From contig JBKJUC010000107.1 of NCBI GenBank assembly GCA_046590325.1, positions 8,602-72,601 on the forward strand: 64,000 bases of DNA, in the 5' to 3' direction. A model generated the notes under the pieces. That model was given only the letters and a program-made list of their open reading frames with translations. It was not told the origin of the DNA and searched no databases. The translations under genes and the position numbers were made by a program. This stretch comes from Burkholderiales bacterium. GTDB lineage: Bacteria > Pseudomonadota > Gammaproteobacteria > Burkholderiales > JACQAP01. Below are positions 55,015-64,000 of this stretch, one piece after another (position 1 is the first letter of the stretch; every line of letters begins with the position of its first letter).

Positions 55015-55467
55015 TTAAGCCGGGGCGGTGTTCGTTTCGGCTGGCGCGGTCCGCTCGAAGCCCTTTATTGCCTTGCGCAGGAACTCCGGCACCGGCGCGG
55101 ATTTGCGCGAAGCCGGATCGGCATTGACGTAAATCACCTTTCCGCTAACCAGGAGCTGCTCAGCCAGATAAATTTCAATCTCAAAATCGAAACTGGAACG
55201 CCCCAACCGCCCTACTCTTACGCAAATATCCAATTCGTTGTCGTATTGCGCCGACGCGTGGTATTCCAGTTCGGCCTTCCTTACGTACAGGTCGGTCCCA
55301 TGTTGGGCCAGACCGTCGGGATAGGGGTAGCCGAGCGCGCGGTAGTACTCGGTGATGCCCACGTCGAAATAAGCGAGATAGTGGCCGTTGAAGACGATGC
55401 CCTGCCGGTCCACCTCCGCCCAGCGCACCCGCAAGCGGTGCATAAAACGAAAATCCTGTTTGGCCAT
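55015..55467 (-). CDS. acyl-CoA thioesterase, 4HBT/YbgC-like hotdog fold
   Basis: 150 aa with VRWAEVDRQGIVFNGHYLAYFD. Confidence 0.8.
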   Translation of the reverse strand: MAKQDFRFMHRLRVRWAEVDRQGIVFNGHYLAYFDVGITEYYRALGYPYPDGLAQHGTDLYVRKAELEYHASAQYDNELDICVRVGRLGRSSFDFEIEIYLAEQLLVSGKVIYVNADPASRKSAPVPEFLRKAIKGFERTAPAETNTAPA

Positions 55468-55477
55468 GCCTGCACAC

Positions 55478-55939
55478 TCAGCCGTAACGGCAGGTCACCC
55501 ACTCCGCGACCAGCGCCGGCTTAGGCTGGCCTTCGCACTCCACGGTCACATCCCAGATGATCTGCACGCCGCCTTCGATGCGCCGCAGGCCCTTGACACC
55601 GAAGCGTCCCCGCAGGCGCGAGCCCGCCTTCACCGGCGCGGTGAAACGCAGCCGGTTGAAGCCGTAGTTGACGCCCATTTTGGTGCCGCCGAATTCCACG
55701 GCTTCGTTCAGGAACTGGCTGAGCAGCGACATCGTCAGGAACCCGTGCGCTATGGGCGCGCCGAAGGGCGACTCCCTGCGTGAGCGTTCGACGTCGACGT
55801 GGATCCACTGATTGTCGCCAGTGGCAAGGGCAAAAGCGTCGATCTTTTCCTGCGGCACCTCGAACCAGTCGCTGACAACCAGTTCCTTGCCGACGCTCTT
55901 CTCGAGTTCATTCACATCCTTGATCGCGACCCGCGGCAT
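55478..55939 (-). CDS. MaoC-like (R)-specific enoyl-CoA hydratase/dehydratase
   Basis: 153 aa from ATG 55939, with DAFALATGDNQWIHVDVERS...APIAHGF. The 406-aa ORF-track extension is rejected. Confidence 0.8.
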   Translation of the reverse strand: MPRVAIKDVNELEKSVGKELVVSDWFEVPQEKIDAFALATGDNQWIHVDVERSRRESPFGAPIAHGFLTMSLLSQFLNEAVEFGGTKMGVNYGFNRLRFTAPVKAGSRLRGRFGVKGLRRIEGGVQIIWDVTVECEGQPKPALVAEWVTCRYG

Positions 55940-56056
55940 TTCCCCCCCCCGATACCGGCTGCAAGGCGGCAATGTACCGGATTCGCCCTCCGGGCGCATT
56001 GCGCCGAAACCGGCGGCCCCGGACAATAAGCGTCCCATAACCAGGCAGGAATCAAC

Positions 56057-56964
56057 ATGGAAATCGGAATCGTGGGACTCGGGCGCATGGGCGCGAACAT
56101 GGCGCGCAGGCTGGCGCGCAAAGGCGCGCGGGTCGCGGCATTCGACGTCAGTCCCGCGGCACGCGCGGCCGTCGAAAAGGAAAAAGGCATCACAGCCTGC
56201 GCCGGGTTGCAGGAGCTTGTCGCTGCCCTGTCCGCTCCGCGGGTGATCTGGATCATGCTTCCGGCCGGCGAAATCACCGAACAGGCCCTGCACGACCTCG
56301 TCGCTCTGAAAATGCGCGGCGATGTGATCGTCGAAGGCGGCAACTCGATGTACAAGGATTCGCAGCGCCGCGCGGCCTGGCTGAAGGACAGCGGCATCGG
56401 CTTTGTCGACGCCGGGGTATCGGGCGGAATCTGGGGCCTGGAAAACGGCTACGCGCTGATGCTCGGCGGCGAAAAAGTCTACGTCCGTACGGTCGAACCT
56501 TTCGCGAAATTGCTGGCCCCGGGGCCTGACCTCGGCTGGATGCATTGCGGCCCGGCGGGTTCCGGGCACTATGTGAAAATGATCCATAACGGCATCGAGT
56601 ACGGAATGATGCAGGCCTACGCCGAGGGGCTTTCGATGATGAAGGCCAAGACCGAGTTCGGACTGGATCTCGCTGGCATCACGGAAATGTGGCGCCACGG
56701 CAGCGTAGTGCGATCATGGCTGCTCGACCTGACCGCGGAATTCCTCAAAAACGGACAAACGCTCGATGACATCGATCCCGTGGTAGCCGATTCCGGCGAA
56801 GGCCGCTGGACGGCGATCGAAGCCGTGGAACTGGGCGTCCCGGCACCGGTGATGAGTCTCGCGCTGATGTCCCGCTTTGCCAGTCAGGGCAAGGATGACT
56901 ACAGTTCGAAGCTGCTGGCCATGATGCGGGCGGGCTTCGGCGGCCACGCGGTGCAGGAGCGCAA

Positions 56965-56968
<4 letters not shown>
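56057..56968 (+). CDS. gnd: 6-phosphogluconate dehydrogenase (decarboxylating), short Gnd/YqeC-like form
   Basis: 303 aa with IGIVGLGRMGANMARRL, DAGVSGG and HNGIEYGMMQAYAEG. Confidence 0.85.
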
Positions 56969-57454
<486 letters not shown>

Positions 57455-57471
<17 letters not shown>

Positions 57472-58225
57472 ATCGCGCCGCGACCGCGGCGCTCTCACGT
57501 ACTAGGAGGTACTGATCCGAAGTCACTGCGACGAACTGCGCGCCATGTGCAATCCAGCGCTTGGCGTCGGGTTCCGCGAACGCAAGTATCCCCGGCACTT
57601 TCCCTGTCTTCTTGATGCGAGTTAAAGCGTCCGCCATGGCGGCCTGCACTTCCGGATGGCCGGGATTACCGAGATGACCGAAGTCGGCCGCAAGATCCTG
57701 CGGGCCGATGAAAATGCCGTCGATGCCGTCGATCGCCGCCATTTTTTCAATTTCGGCCAGTGCTGCGCGCGTCTCTACCTGGACCATCAGGCAGATCTCG
57801 TTATTGGCGTGTTCGAAGTAATCGGTGACCCGGCCGAAGCGGTTGGCTCGCGAGTTGGCAGAGACGCCGCGTATGCCCTTGGGCGGGTAACGCACCGCCG
57901 CGACGGCGCGCTTGGCTTCTTCCGCGCTCTGCACGTAGGGTAGCAAAAGGGATTGCGCGCCGATATCAAGCAGGCGCTTGATCAGTACTGTGTCGTTCCA
58001 GTATGCCCGGACCAGCGCCGGTACCGGATAAGCCGCGATTGCGTGCAACTGATGATGCACCTGAACCAGGTCGGCAGGCGCGTGCTCGGTGTCCACCAGC
58101 ACCCAGTCGAAGCCGGCACCGGCGCAGATCTCGGCGGAAACATGGCTCGCCAGGCTAAGCCAGCAACCGACCTGGGTGCGGCCTTCCTTCAAATTGCGCT
58201 TCAACTGGTTCATGGGCATATCCAT
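57455..58225 (-). CDS. HpcH/HpaI family aldolase (2-keto-3-deoxy-acid aldolase)
   Basis: Pattern GCWLSLASHVSAEICAGAGFDWVLVDTEHAP. Several ATGs lie at 58213-58231, and the one chosen has best spacing from the RBS GAGGAG. Confidence 0.8.
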
Positions 58226-58341
58226 TGCCATCTCCTCTTCGTTATTTTTATCGGCGTTGGCGGATTTTACCTTCTCTTTACAGCCCGCCCTGTGCGTCAG
58301 AGAATGCCGCTGCCGCGCGCATGCGGCAGGAGGCCCGGAAG

Positions 58342-59262
58342 ATGAGCGCAGAACTGAAATTCGAAGGCGTGTTTCCCATCCTCGCAACGCCTTTCGAGGA
58401 CAACGAGAATCCAGACCTGGAATCTTTCGGCCGCCTGGTGAGGTTCATCACAGGGCTGGGCGTGGACGGCATAACCATACTCGGCGTGCTCGGGGAGGCC
58501 AACCGCCTGCTTGACCGGGAACGCGAGCAGTTAATCCGCACCGCGATTACTGCGGCCGGGAAATTGCCGGTCATTGTCGGGACCAGCCACAGCGGATCGC
58601 GCGCCGCTCGCGATCTTTCGCAGATGGCGCAGGATCTGGGCGCGCAGGCCGTGATGGTCACTCCCCATGCCGAAGCGGTGCCGAACGACGATCGCGTCGC
58701 CGAGTACTACATGACCATCGCGGAAGGACTGCGCATCCCCATCGTAATGCAGGATCATCCGGCGTCGACCCAGGTACACATGACCGTGCCCCTGCTGCTG
58801 AGGATCATCCGCGACGTGCCGCAGATCGCCTGCATCAAGGAAGAGGCCGCACCCACTGCACCGAAAATCCGCGCCTTGTCCGCGGGCATGAAGGAACGCA
58901 AAGTCCCGATCCTCACCGGACTCGGCGCGCTGTATGGGTTGTTCGACCTGCAAGCCGGATCGAGTGGCTTCAATACCGGATTCGCCTTCCCGGAAGTGCT
59001 GATGGCAATGGTGAAGTCGGCCGGCAGCGGCGACTGGGCCCGCGTGCGCGAAATTTATACACACTTCCTGCCACTGATCGTATTCGAACAGCAGCCAGGA
59101 GTGGCGATCCGGAAAGAGATCCTCCGGCTCCGCGGCGCCATTAGCGCAAGCACGGTACGCCATCCCGGCGCCCCGCTGCAACCGGCGACAGCGGATCAGT
59201 TGCGCAAGCTGATCGACGATTTGTTGCCCGGTCAGGACCTTACAAAGCCCGTCAAGGTCTGA
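58342..59262 (+). CDS. dihydrodipicolinate synthase/N-acetylneuraminate lyase family protein
   Basis: Start trimmed to ATG 58342 after the RBS AGGAGG. The N-terminus is FEGVFPILATPFEDN. About 306 aa. Confidence 0.8.
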   Translation: MSAELKFEGVFPILATPFEDNENPDLESFGRLVRFITGLGVDGITILGVLGEANRLLDREREQLIRTAITAAGKLPVIVGTSHSGSRAARDLSQMAQDLGAQAVMVTPHAEAVPNDDRVAEYYMTIAEGLRIPIVMQDHPASTQVHMTVPLLLRIIRDVPQIACIKEEAAPTAPKIRALSAGMKERKVPILTGLGALYGLFDLQAGSSGFNTGFAFPEVLMAMVKSAGSGDWARVREIYTHFLPLIVFEQQPGVAIRKEILRLRGAISASTVRHPGAPLQPATADQLRKLIDDLLPGQDLTKPVKV

Positions 59263-59571
59263 TCAGCGGCTCTCGATGTCCGCTATGCGGTCCTGATAGG
59301 TGCGCAGCATGCACTCGACATCGTTGCAAACGTCTCGGGCATCCGTGATCCACGTCCGTTGGCTTTCAATCAATTCCTGCGGGTTTACGCCACGGCGTAT
59401 CGCTTCGCGATAAGCAAGCGCAAGTTGCTCGTCAGCCCGCATCAGGCGGACGTTCGAACACAGCATCTTTTCCGCATTGGAGCGCGCGCGGCTGCAGTCT
59501 ATTGCCGGCCACGCCGGCGTTGCCGAAATCAGCAGCACCATGGCAAGGACTCTGAGGCGGACTATTCTCAT
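59263..59571 (-). CDS. DUF1311 / LprI-like secreted protein
   Basis: Signal peptide MRIVRLRVLAMVLLISATPAWPA. Cys-containing motifs C..A.SNAEKMLC and W..D....C fit the DUF1311 pattern. The ATG overlaps the upstream stop as ATGA. Confidence 0.65.
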   Translation of the reverse strand: MRIVRLRVLAMVLLISATPAWPAIDCSRARSNAEKMLCSNVRLMRADEQLALAYREAIRRGVNPQELIESQRTWITDARDVCNDVECMLRTYQDRIADIESR

Positions 59572-60302
59572 CCCTTCAATCGTCCGTCGACGAGGCACGG
59601 CACAGACTGCAGGCTGCTGAGCGCTGCGGCAAAGTGGACTTCATGCGCAAGATCGCGCTCCACCATCATGCGGCCGACCCGCGCCCGCAGCAGGCAATCC
59701 GCCGGGTCTTCGTTACGAAACAAACTGCGCGCTGCCAGGGCGGCATCGGAGAAATCCAGGTTTTCATCGAGCGACGATGAGAGCAGGTCCACCAGGTATC
59801 CGGCGCCGTACAGGTCCTCGAGGTTGACCATGCCCATGGAGCCCGAGCATACGATCAGGATGGTATGGCCCGGATGGCGCTTCAACACATGCCGGATCAC
59901 CGCCTCGCCGTTGAGCAACGCCGCGGCGTACACATAGGCCGCTCCCGAAGACTGGCGCAGGGCCACTGTGCCGTTGGTCGTGGAATAGATCAGCTTCCTC
60001 CCGGCTATGGGCTCCCGCAGCAGTGCCAGAGGTGTTGGCGATGCAAAGCCGGGCAGCGTTTCCGCATAGAGCTCGCCGGCCAGTATGTAACTTCCTTCAG
60101 GATGCCTCTGCGCCTCGGCACGTGCGCCCGCTTCATCCAGGGTCGGAATGACTTCGGTCGCCCCATTTGCAAGCGCGGCAATGATCGTCGACGTGGCAAA
60201 CAGCACGTCGAGCACGATCGCGACCTTGCCGTCGAGACGTTCGTGGTCGAGATCCTCCTTGCGGTAGAGCACGTGAACCTTGTGTTTGAACTGCATGCTC
60301 AC
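59568..60302 (-). CDS. 2-phosphosulfolactate phosphatase (ComB) family protein
   Basis: 244 aa with VLDVLFATSTIIAALANGA and TTNGT, which resemble ComB-family motifs. Confidence 0.7.
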   Translation of the reverse strand: MSMQFKHKVHVLYRKEDLDHERLDGKVAIVLDVLFATSTIIAALANGATEVIPTLDEAGARAEAQRHPEGSYILAGELYAETLPGFASPTPLALLREPIAGRKLIYSTTNGTVALRQSSGAAYVYAAALLNGEAVIRHVLKRHPGHTILIVCSGSMGMVNLEDLYGAGYLVDLLSSSLDENLDFSDAALAARSLFRNEDPADCLLRARVGRMMVERDLAHEVHFAAALSSLQSVPCLVDGRLKG

Positions 60303-60306
60303 GTTG

Positions 60307-60762
60307 TCATGCCTCTGGCTTGCGGCGCCGAAACATGCCGTAGCCTTCCATGGTCATCACCAACTCCCCCTCCTGATTGAAAACTTCCCAAAGATTGCGG
60401 ACGATTCCGATTTCGGGTCGGCTTTTCGACGTCCGCGATTCCAGCGTGGTTCGTTGCGCGCGGATGGTATCGCCCGGGCGCACCGGCTTGAGCCACTTGA
60501 GATTATCGATGCCTGGAGAACCGACGCTGGCAGATTGCAGCAGGTAAGTGTCGCACATCATGCGCATGACCATCGAGCAGGTATGCCAGCCGCTGGCGAT
60601 GAGTCCGCCGTACATCGATTGCTTCGCCGCGGCTTCGTCTACATGGAATGGCTGCGGGTCGAACTGCCTCGCAAAGTCGATGACCTCGTCCTGCTCGACT
60701 TTCTTGCCACCGATCTGCTCGACCTCGCCGACCTTGAAATCTTCCCAATACCTGATCGTCAA
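60307..60762 (-). CDS. MaoC family dehydratase (hotdog fold)
   Basis: 151 aa with YWEDFKVGE...FDPQPFHVDEAAA...GGLIASGWH. TTG start. Confidence 0.8.
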   Translation of the reverse strand: MTIRYWEDFKVGEVEQIGGKKVEQDEVIDFARQFDPQPFHVDEAAAKQSMYGGLIASGWHTCSMVMRMMCDTYLLQSASVGSPGIDNLKWLKPVRPGDTIRAQRTTLESRTSKSRPEIGIVRNLWEVFNQEGELVMTMEGYGMFRRRKPEA

Positions 60763-60784
60763 TTTAAGTCACCAGAGCAATTGG

Positions 60785-60926
60785 GCCACAGAGGTCACAG
60801 AGAACACGGAGGAGAACCAGGATGCATCAGAACCAGGGTGCTCGAGCTGATTGTCCGATGGCAGGTAATTCACAGGACTCAACTTTTGTTCTTGCCTTCC
60901 TCTGTGTCCTCTGTGACCTCTGTGGC
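60785..60926. repeat. hairpin element with 29-nt arms made of tandem 9-mers (CACAGAGGN), 84-nt loop
   Basis: The left arm is gccacagaggtcacagagaacacggagga. The reverse complement of the right arm is gccacagaggtcacagaggacacagagga, matching at 27 of 29 positions. It sits between two co-directional cistrons. Confidence 0.9.
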
Positions 60927-60936
60927 AATTGTTTTT

Positions 60937-62124
60937 CTAGATTTTTACCCAGCTTTTCCGCGGGGCAGTCACCATGGCTGCAGGTTCGTCGTCCTTCAAT
61001 GTTGCGAACCGGGCCCTCTGATACGCAGCATTGCCGAACAGGATGTCGATGGCAGTCAGGCGCTTGAAATAGTGACTGACGTTCAGTTCGTCGGTCATGC
61101 CCATGCCGCCGTGCAACTGGATCGCCTGCTGCCCTACATAGCGCCCGGCCCGGCCGATCAACTCCTTGGCCGCGGCGATAGACTTTCGGCGTTCGACGAC
61201 ATTTTTTGAATCGACCCTGGAGGCGGCGAGGATCGCCATTGACCGCGCCTGCTCAAGATACATCAGCATATCGACGGCGCGATGCTGGAGCGCCTGGAAG
61301 CGGCCGATCGGTTGGCCGAACTGCTGTCGGGTTTTCAGGTATTCCACGGTGGCCGCATGCAACGCGGACATCAGGCCAACGGCTTCGGCACAGAGGGCGG
61401 CCATGGCGCGGTCGGCCACGGCCTCGATCAGCGGCATCGCTGCGTCCAGGGTGCCAATCACCGATTCCGGACCGACCTTCACACCGTCGAATTGCAGGTC
61501 GAGCGCGCGGGTTCCGTCGAACAGGGGATATTCCTGTCCGCCGAGATTCTCCTCATCCGCTTCCACGATGAACAGCGTGACGCCGTGCGCATCACCCGGA
61601 TTGCCGGAAGTGCGCGCCGATACAATGAATTTCTCCGCCACTGCCCCGTGAATCACCAGATTCTTGTTGCCCTCCAACAGAAAATTATTGCCGTCACGCA
61701 AGGCCCGAGTCTCCACATGCCCGAGATCGAAGCGTGCGGCAGGCTCCGAATGCGCGAAGGCGAGCAGCATCGAACCGTCGATGATTTTTGGAATAAGGAT
61801 TTTTTTCTGCCAGTCGGCGGCGCCGAGGTCCACGCAACCACCAGCGAGTACCACCGTAGCAAGGTAGGGTTCCAGCGCGAGAGTGCGACCCAGCGCCTCC
61901 ATGACGAGCATGGTTTCGACCCCACTCCCGCCGAAGCCGCCGTACTCGTCGGAGAACGGCACGCCGAGCACGCCGAGCGAGGCCAGTCCTTGCCACAGTT
62001 GCGGGCTCATCGCCTGCTTGTCCGCCAGCAACTGCCGGCGCTGTTCGAACGTGAAATTCTTGTCGAGGAAGCGGTCGACGCTATCCTTGAGCATCTGCTG
62101 TTCTTCGGTGAGATTGAAGTCCAT
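60937..62124 (-). CDS. acyl-CoA dehydrogenase family protein
   Basis: 395 aa with an ACAD fold pattern. The C-terminal motif reads ILFGN where canonical ACADs have I-x-E-G-T. Confidence 0.85.
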   Translation of the reverse strand: MDFNLTEEQQMLKDSVDRFLDKNFTFEQRRQLLADKQAMSPQLWQGLASLGVLGVPFSDEYGGFGGSGVETMLVMEALGRTLALEPYLATVVLAGGCVDLGAADWQKKILIPKIIDGSMLLAFAHSEPAARFDLGHVETRALRDGNNFLLEGNKNLVIHGAVAEKFIVSARTSGNPGDAHGVTLFIVEADEENLGGQEYPLFDGTRALDLQFDGVKVGPESVIGTLDAAMPLIEAVADRAMAALCAEAVGLMSALHAATVEYLKTRQQFGQPIGRFQALQHRAVDMLMYLEQARSMAILAASRVDSKNVVERRKSIAAAKELIGRAGRYVGQQAIQLHGGMGMTDELNVSHYFKRLTAIDILFGNAAYQRARFATLKDDEPAAMVTAPRKSWVKI

Positions 62125-62140
62125 GGATTAGATCCCCTTA

Positions 62141-62302
62141 GCCACAGAGGACACAGAGGTCACAGAGGAAGTCAAAAATCTGGAATCCGAAGAAAGCAAT
62201 TGCTGTTGGCCAATTTGCGGCATTGGCAGGCACCGGACACGCTTTTCGTTCTCGAGCTTTTCTGTCATTTCTTTCCTCTGTGACCTCTGTGTCCTCTGTG
62301 GC
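62141..62302. repeat. second copy of the 9-mer-armed hairpin element: perfect 29-bp inverted repeat, 104-nt loop
   Basis: gccacagaggacacagaggtcacagagga at 62141-62169 is the exact reverse complement of 62274-62302. The loop shares a core with the 60.8-kb copy (tggcagg...cttttYgttct). Confidence 0.9.
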
Positions 62303-62311
62303 AAACAGGTT

Positions 62312-63508
62312 TTACAAACCCAAAACCATCTGCGCGATGATGTTGCGCTGGATTTCGTTCGAGCCGCCGTAGATGCTGGTCTTGCGGTAATTGAGATAGC
62401 GCGCAGCGAGCGGCGCGGCGTAGTCGGGCCCCACCTTTGCGCCAATCCAGTGGTCGCCCCAGGCCATCGGCAGGTGCGGCAACGCATACGGGCCTACGGC
62501 CTCCATCATCAGTTCGGTCAGTTCCTGCTGGATTTCCGTGCCTTTGATCTTGAGGATGGATGCCTCCGGCCCCGGCGCCTTGCCATCGCGATCGGCAGCG
62601 GCGACGCGCAGGCAAGTGATCTCCAGCGCCATCAGGTCAATTTCCACCTGCGCAATGCGGTCGCGGAAAAGCGGATCCTCGATCAGCGGCCTTCCGCTCA
62701 TTTGCTCCTGTGCGGCAATGTGCTTGAGCAGTTGCAGTTCGCGCTTGGAGTTGCCGACGCCGGCGATGCCGGTGCGTTCGTGGGAAAGCAGGAACTTGGC
62801 GTAGCTCCAACCCCTGCCCTCGTCGCCGACCAGGTTCTGCACCGGAACCTTCACGTTCTCGAACCAGACTTCGTTCACTTCATGTTCGCCGTCCAGCGTG
62901 ATGATCGGCCGCACCGTGATGCCGGGGGAATGCATGTCGATGAGCAGGAAGGAGATGCCTTCCTGCTTCTTGCCGCCGGTCGAGGTCCGCACCAGGCAGA
63001 AGCACATGTCGGCCCACTGGCCATGGGTGTTCCAGGTTTTCTGGCCGTTGACGATGTAATGCTCCCCCTGGCGTTCGGCGCGGGTCTTGAGCGACGCCAG
63101 ATCGGAGCCCGAACCGGGTTCCGAATAACCCTGGCACCACCAGTCCTCACTGGAAAGAATGCGCGGCAGGTACTGTTTCTTCTGCGCGTCGCTACCGAAG
63201 GCGATGATCACCGGGCCGACCATGTGCAGGCCGAAAGGCGTGAGCCTGGGCGCGCCGGCCGCCGCCGATTCCTCTTCAAAAATGTAGCGCTGGATCGATG
63301 ACCACCCGGTGCCGCCGTATTCGACCGGCCAGCCTGCCGCGATCCAGCCCTTTTCGAACAGGATTTTCTGCCAGCGGACGTAATCGTCCTTGACCAGGCG
63401 GCGGTGCTCCAGGACTTTGCGGGAAATGTCTCCCGGCAGATGGGCGCGCAGGAATTCGCGCACCTGCTCCCGGAACGCGGCTTCTTCGGGGCTGAAATTC
63501 AGATCCAT
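62312..63508 (-). CDS. acyl-CoA dehydrogenase family protein
   Basis: Start trimmed to ATG 63508 (MDLNFSPEEAAFREQVREFL). Motifs include GYSEPGSGSDLASL, and the C-terminus has IYGGSNEIQRNII. Confidence 0.85.
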   Translation of the reverse strand: MDLNFSPEEAAFREQVREFLRAHLPGDISRKVLEHRRLVKDDYVRWQKILFEKGWIAAGWPVEYGGTGWSSIQRYIFEEESAAAGAPRLTPFGLHMVGPVIIAFGSDAQKKQYLPRILSSEDWWCQGYSEPGSGSDLASLKTRAERQGEHYIVNGQKTWNTHGQWADMCFCLVRTSTGGKKQEGISFLLIDMHSPGITVRPIITLDGEHEVNEVWFENVKVPVQNLVGDEGRGWSYAKFLLSHERTGIAGVGNSKRELQLLKHIAAQEQMSGRPLIEDPLFRDRIAQVEIDLMALEITCLRVAAADRDGKAPGPEASILKIKGTEIQQELTELMMEAVGPYALPHLPMAWGDHWIGAKVGPDYAAPLAARYLNYRKTSIYGGSNEIQRNIIAQMVLGL

Positions 63509-63708
63509 TCTGGAACAACCTCTAGGAATGAGGGAAAACCGGACGGCCTTGCAGCGTAACGCCCTACACGGAAGCATCACAGGATAAGCGAACCACTCAG
63601 GCCAGGCAACGAGGCTATGGCCGGCAGGCGCTTGACGGTTCTATAATGAACACTTAAATCAAGTGTCTGAGCCCCCCTTCCTCCAGGCCGGCCCACAGGA
63701 GACCCAGC

Positions 63709-64000
63709 ATGAACATGCCCGACGAAAAAGCCCTGCGTCAGCTGCACGACACCCTCAATCTCCAGCCGCTGTGGATCCCTTTCACGGCCAATCGCCAGTT
63801 CAAGGCGGCGCCACGCCTGTTGGTCGGCGCCAAGGACATGTATTACTGGACCCAGGACGGTCGCAAGGTGCTCGACGGCGTCGCGGGGCTGTGGGCCGTG
63901 AATGCGGGCCACTGCCGCCCCAGGATCGTTGAAGCCATCAAGAAGCAGGCCGAGACCATGGATTACGCGACCGGATTCCAGATGCACCATCCGGTGGCAT
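63709..64000 (+). CDS. class-III (omega) aminotransferase, N-terminal part; the gene runs off the window end
   Basis: Manual translation from ATG 63709: MNMPDEKALRQLHDTLNLQPLWIPFTANRQFKAAPRLLVGAKDMYYWTQDGRKVLDGVAGLWAVNAGHCRPRIVEAIKKQ. This is typical of beta-alanine/omega-amino acid-pyruvate transaminases. Confidence 0.75.
   Translation, partial: MNMPDEKALRQLHDTLNLQPLWIPFTANRQFKAAPRLLVGAKDMYYWTQDGRKVLDGVAGLWAVNAGHCRPRIVEAIKKQAETMDYATGFQMHHPVA

Noticed and set aside
55940-56698. N-terminal extensions proposed by the ORF track. Examples are 55478-56698, 7347, 12416, 26992, 27560, 37167, 47199, 52867, 54887, 58387, 58225 and 63580.
   Set aside because: The extended parts overlap neighbouring genes or the tRNA and have shadow-ORF composition. 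Internal starts with an RBS and family-typical N-termini fit better, so the starts were trimmed in the feature list.
62128-62268. A 46-codon minus-strand ORF (MTEKLENEKRVRCLP...) inside the 62.2-kb hairpin element, with an SD-like GAGGA in the arm 5 nt upstream of the ATG.
   Set aside because: The ATG and the reading frame are not conserved in the homologous 60.8-kb element. The C-terminus merely translates the repeat arm (SSVTSVSSVA).

Overview
This is a high-GC window, densely coding, and looks like core chromosome from a proteobacterium. The gene order resembles beta-proteobacteria (inference from xseB-ispA-dxs-folE2, clpS-clpA, and queA-tgt-yajC-secD-secF followed by tRNA-Leu). I support about 66 CDS and one tRNA-Leu(CAA). 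The CDS cover isoprenoid and folate genes, flavocytochrome c sulfide dehydrogenase with a rhodanese, icd with the glyoxylate shunt (aceA, aceB), tRNA modification genes, Sec translocon accessory genes, and a long acyl-CoA and sugar-acid catabolic stretch at 47-64 kb. I saw no CRISPR array, prophage, transposase, integrase or recognisable defence system, and I make no claim of a wholly new system. Two signals stand out. (1) A GlrK/QseE-QseG-GlrR/QseF-type sigma-54 two-component module is followed directly by a consensus sigma-54 promoter. That promoter carries TGTC-N10-GACA boxes and faces a membrane-anchored protein gene rather than an sRNA. (2) Several intergenic hairpins have arms built from short tandem 7-mer or 9-mer repeats. 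Two homologous copies sit between cistrons of an acyl-CoA dehydrogenase operon. Many ORF-track entries are antisense shadow ORFs or N-terminally over-extended, and I trimmed starts where an RBS or family-typical N-terminus supports it. All family calls come from reading motifs by eye, with no database search.
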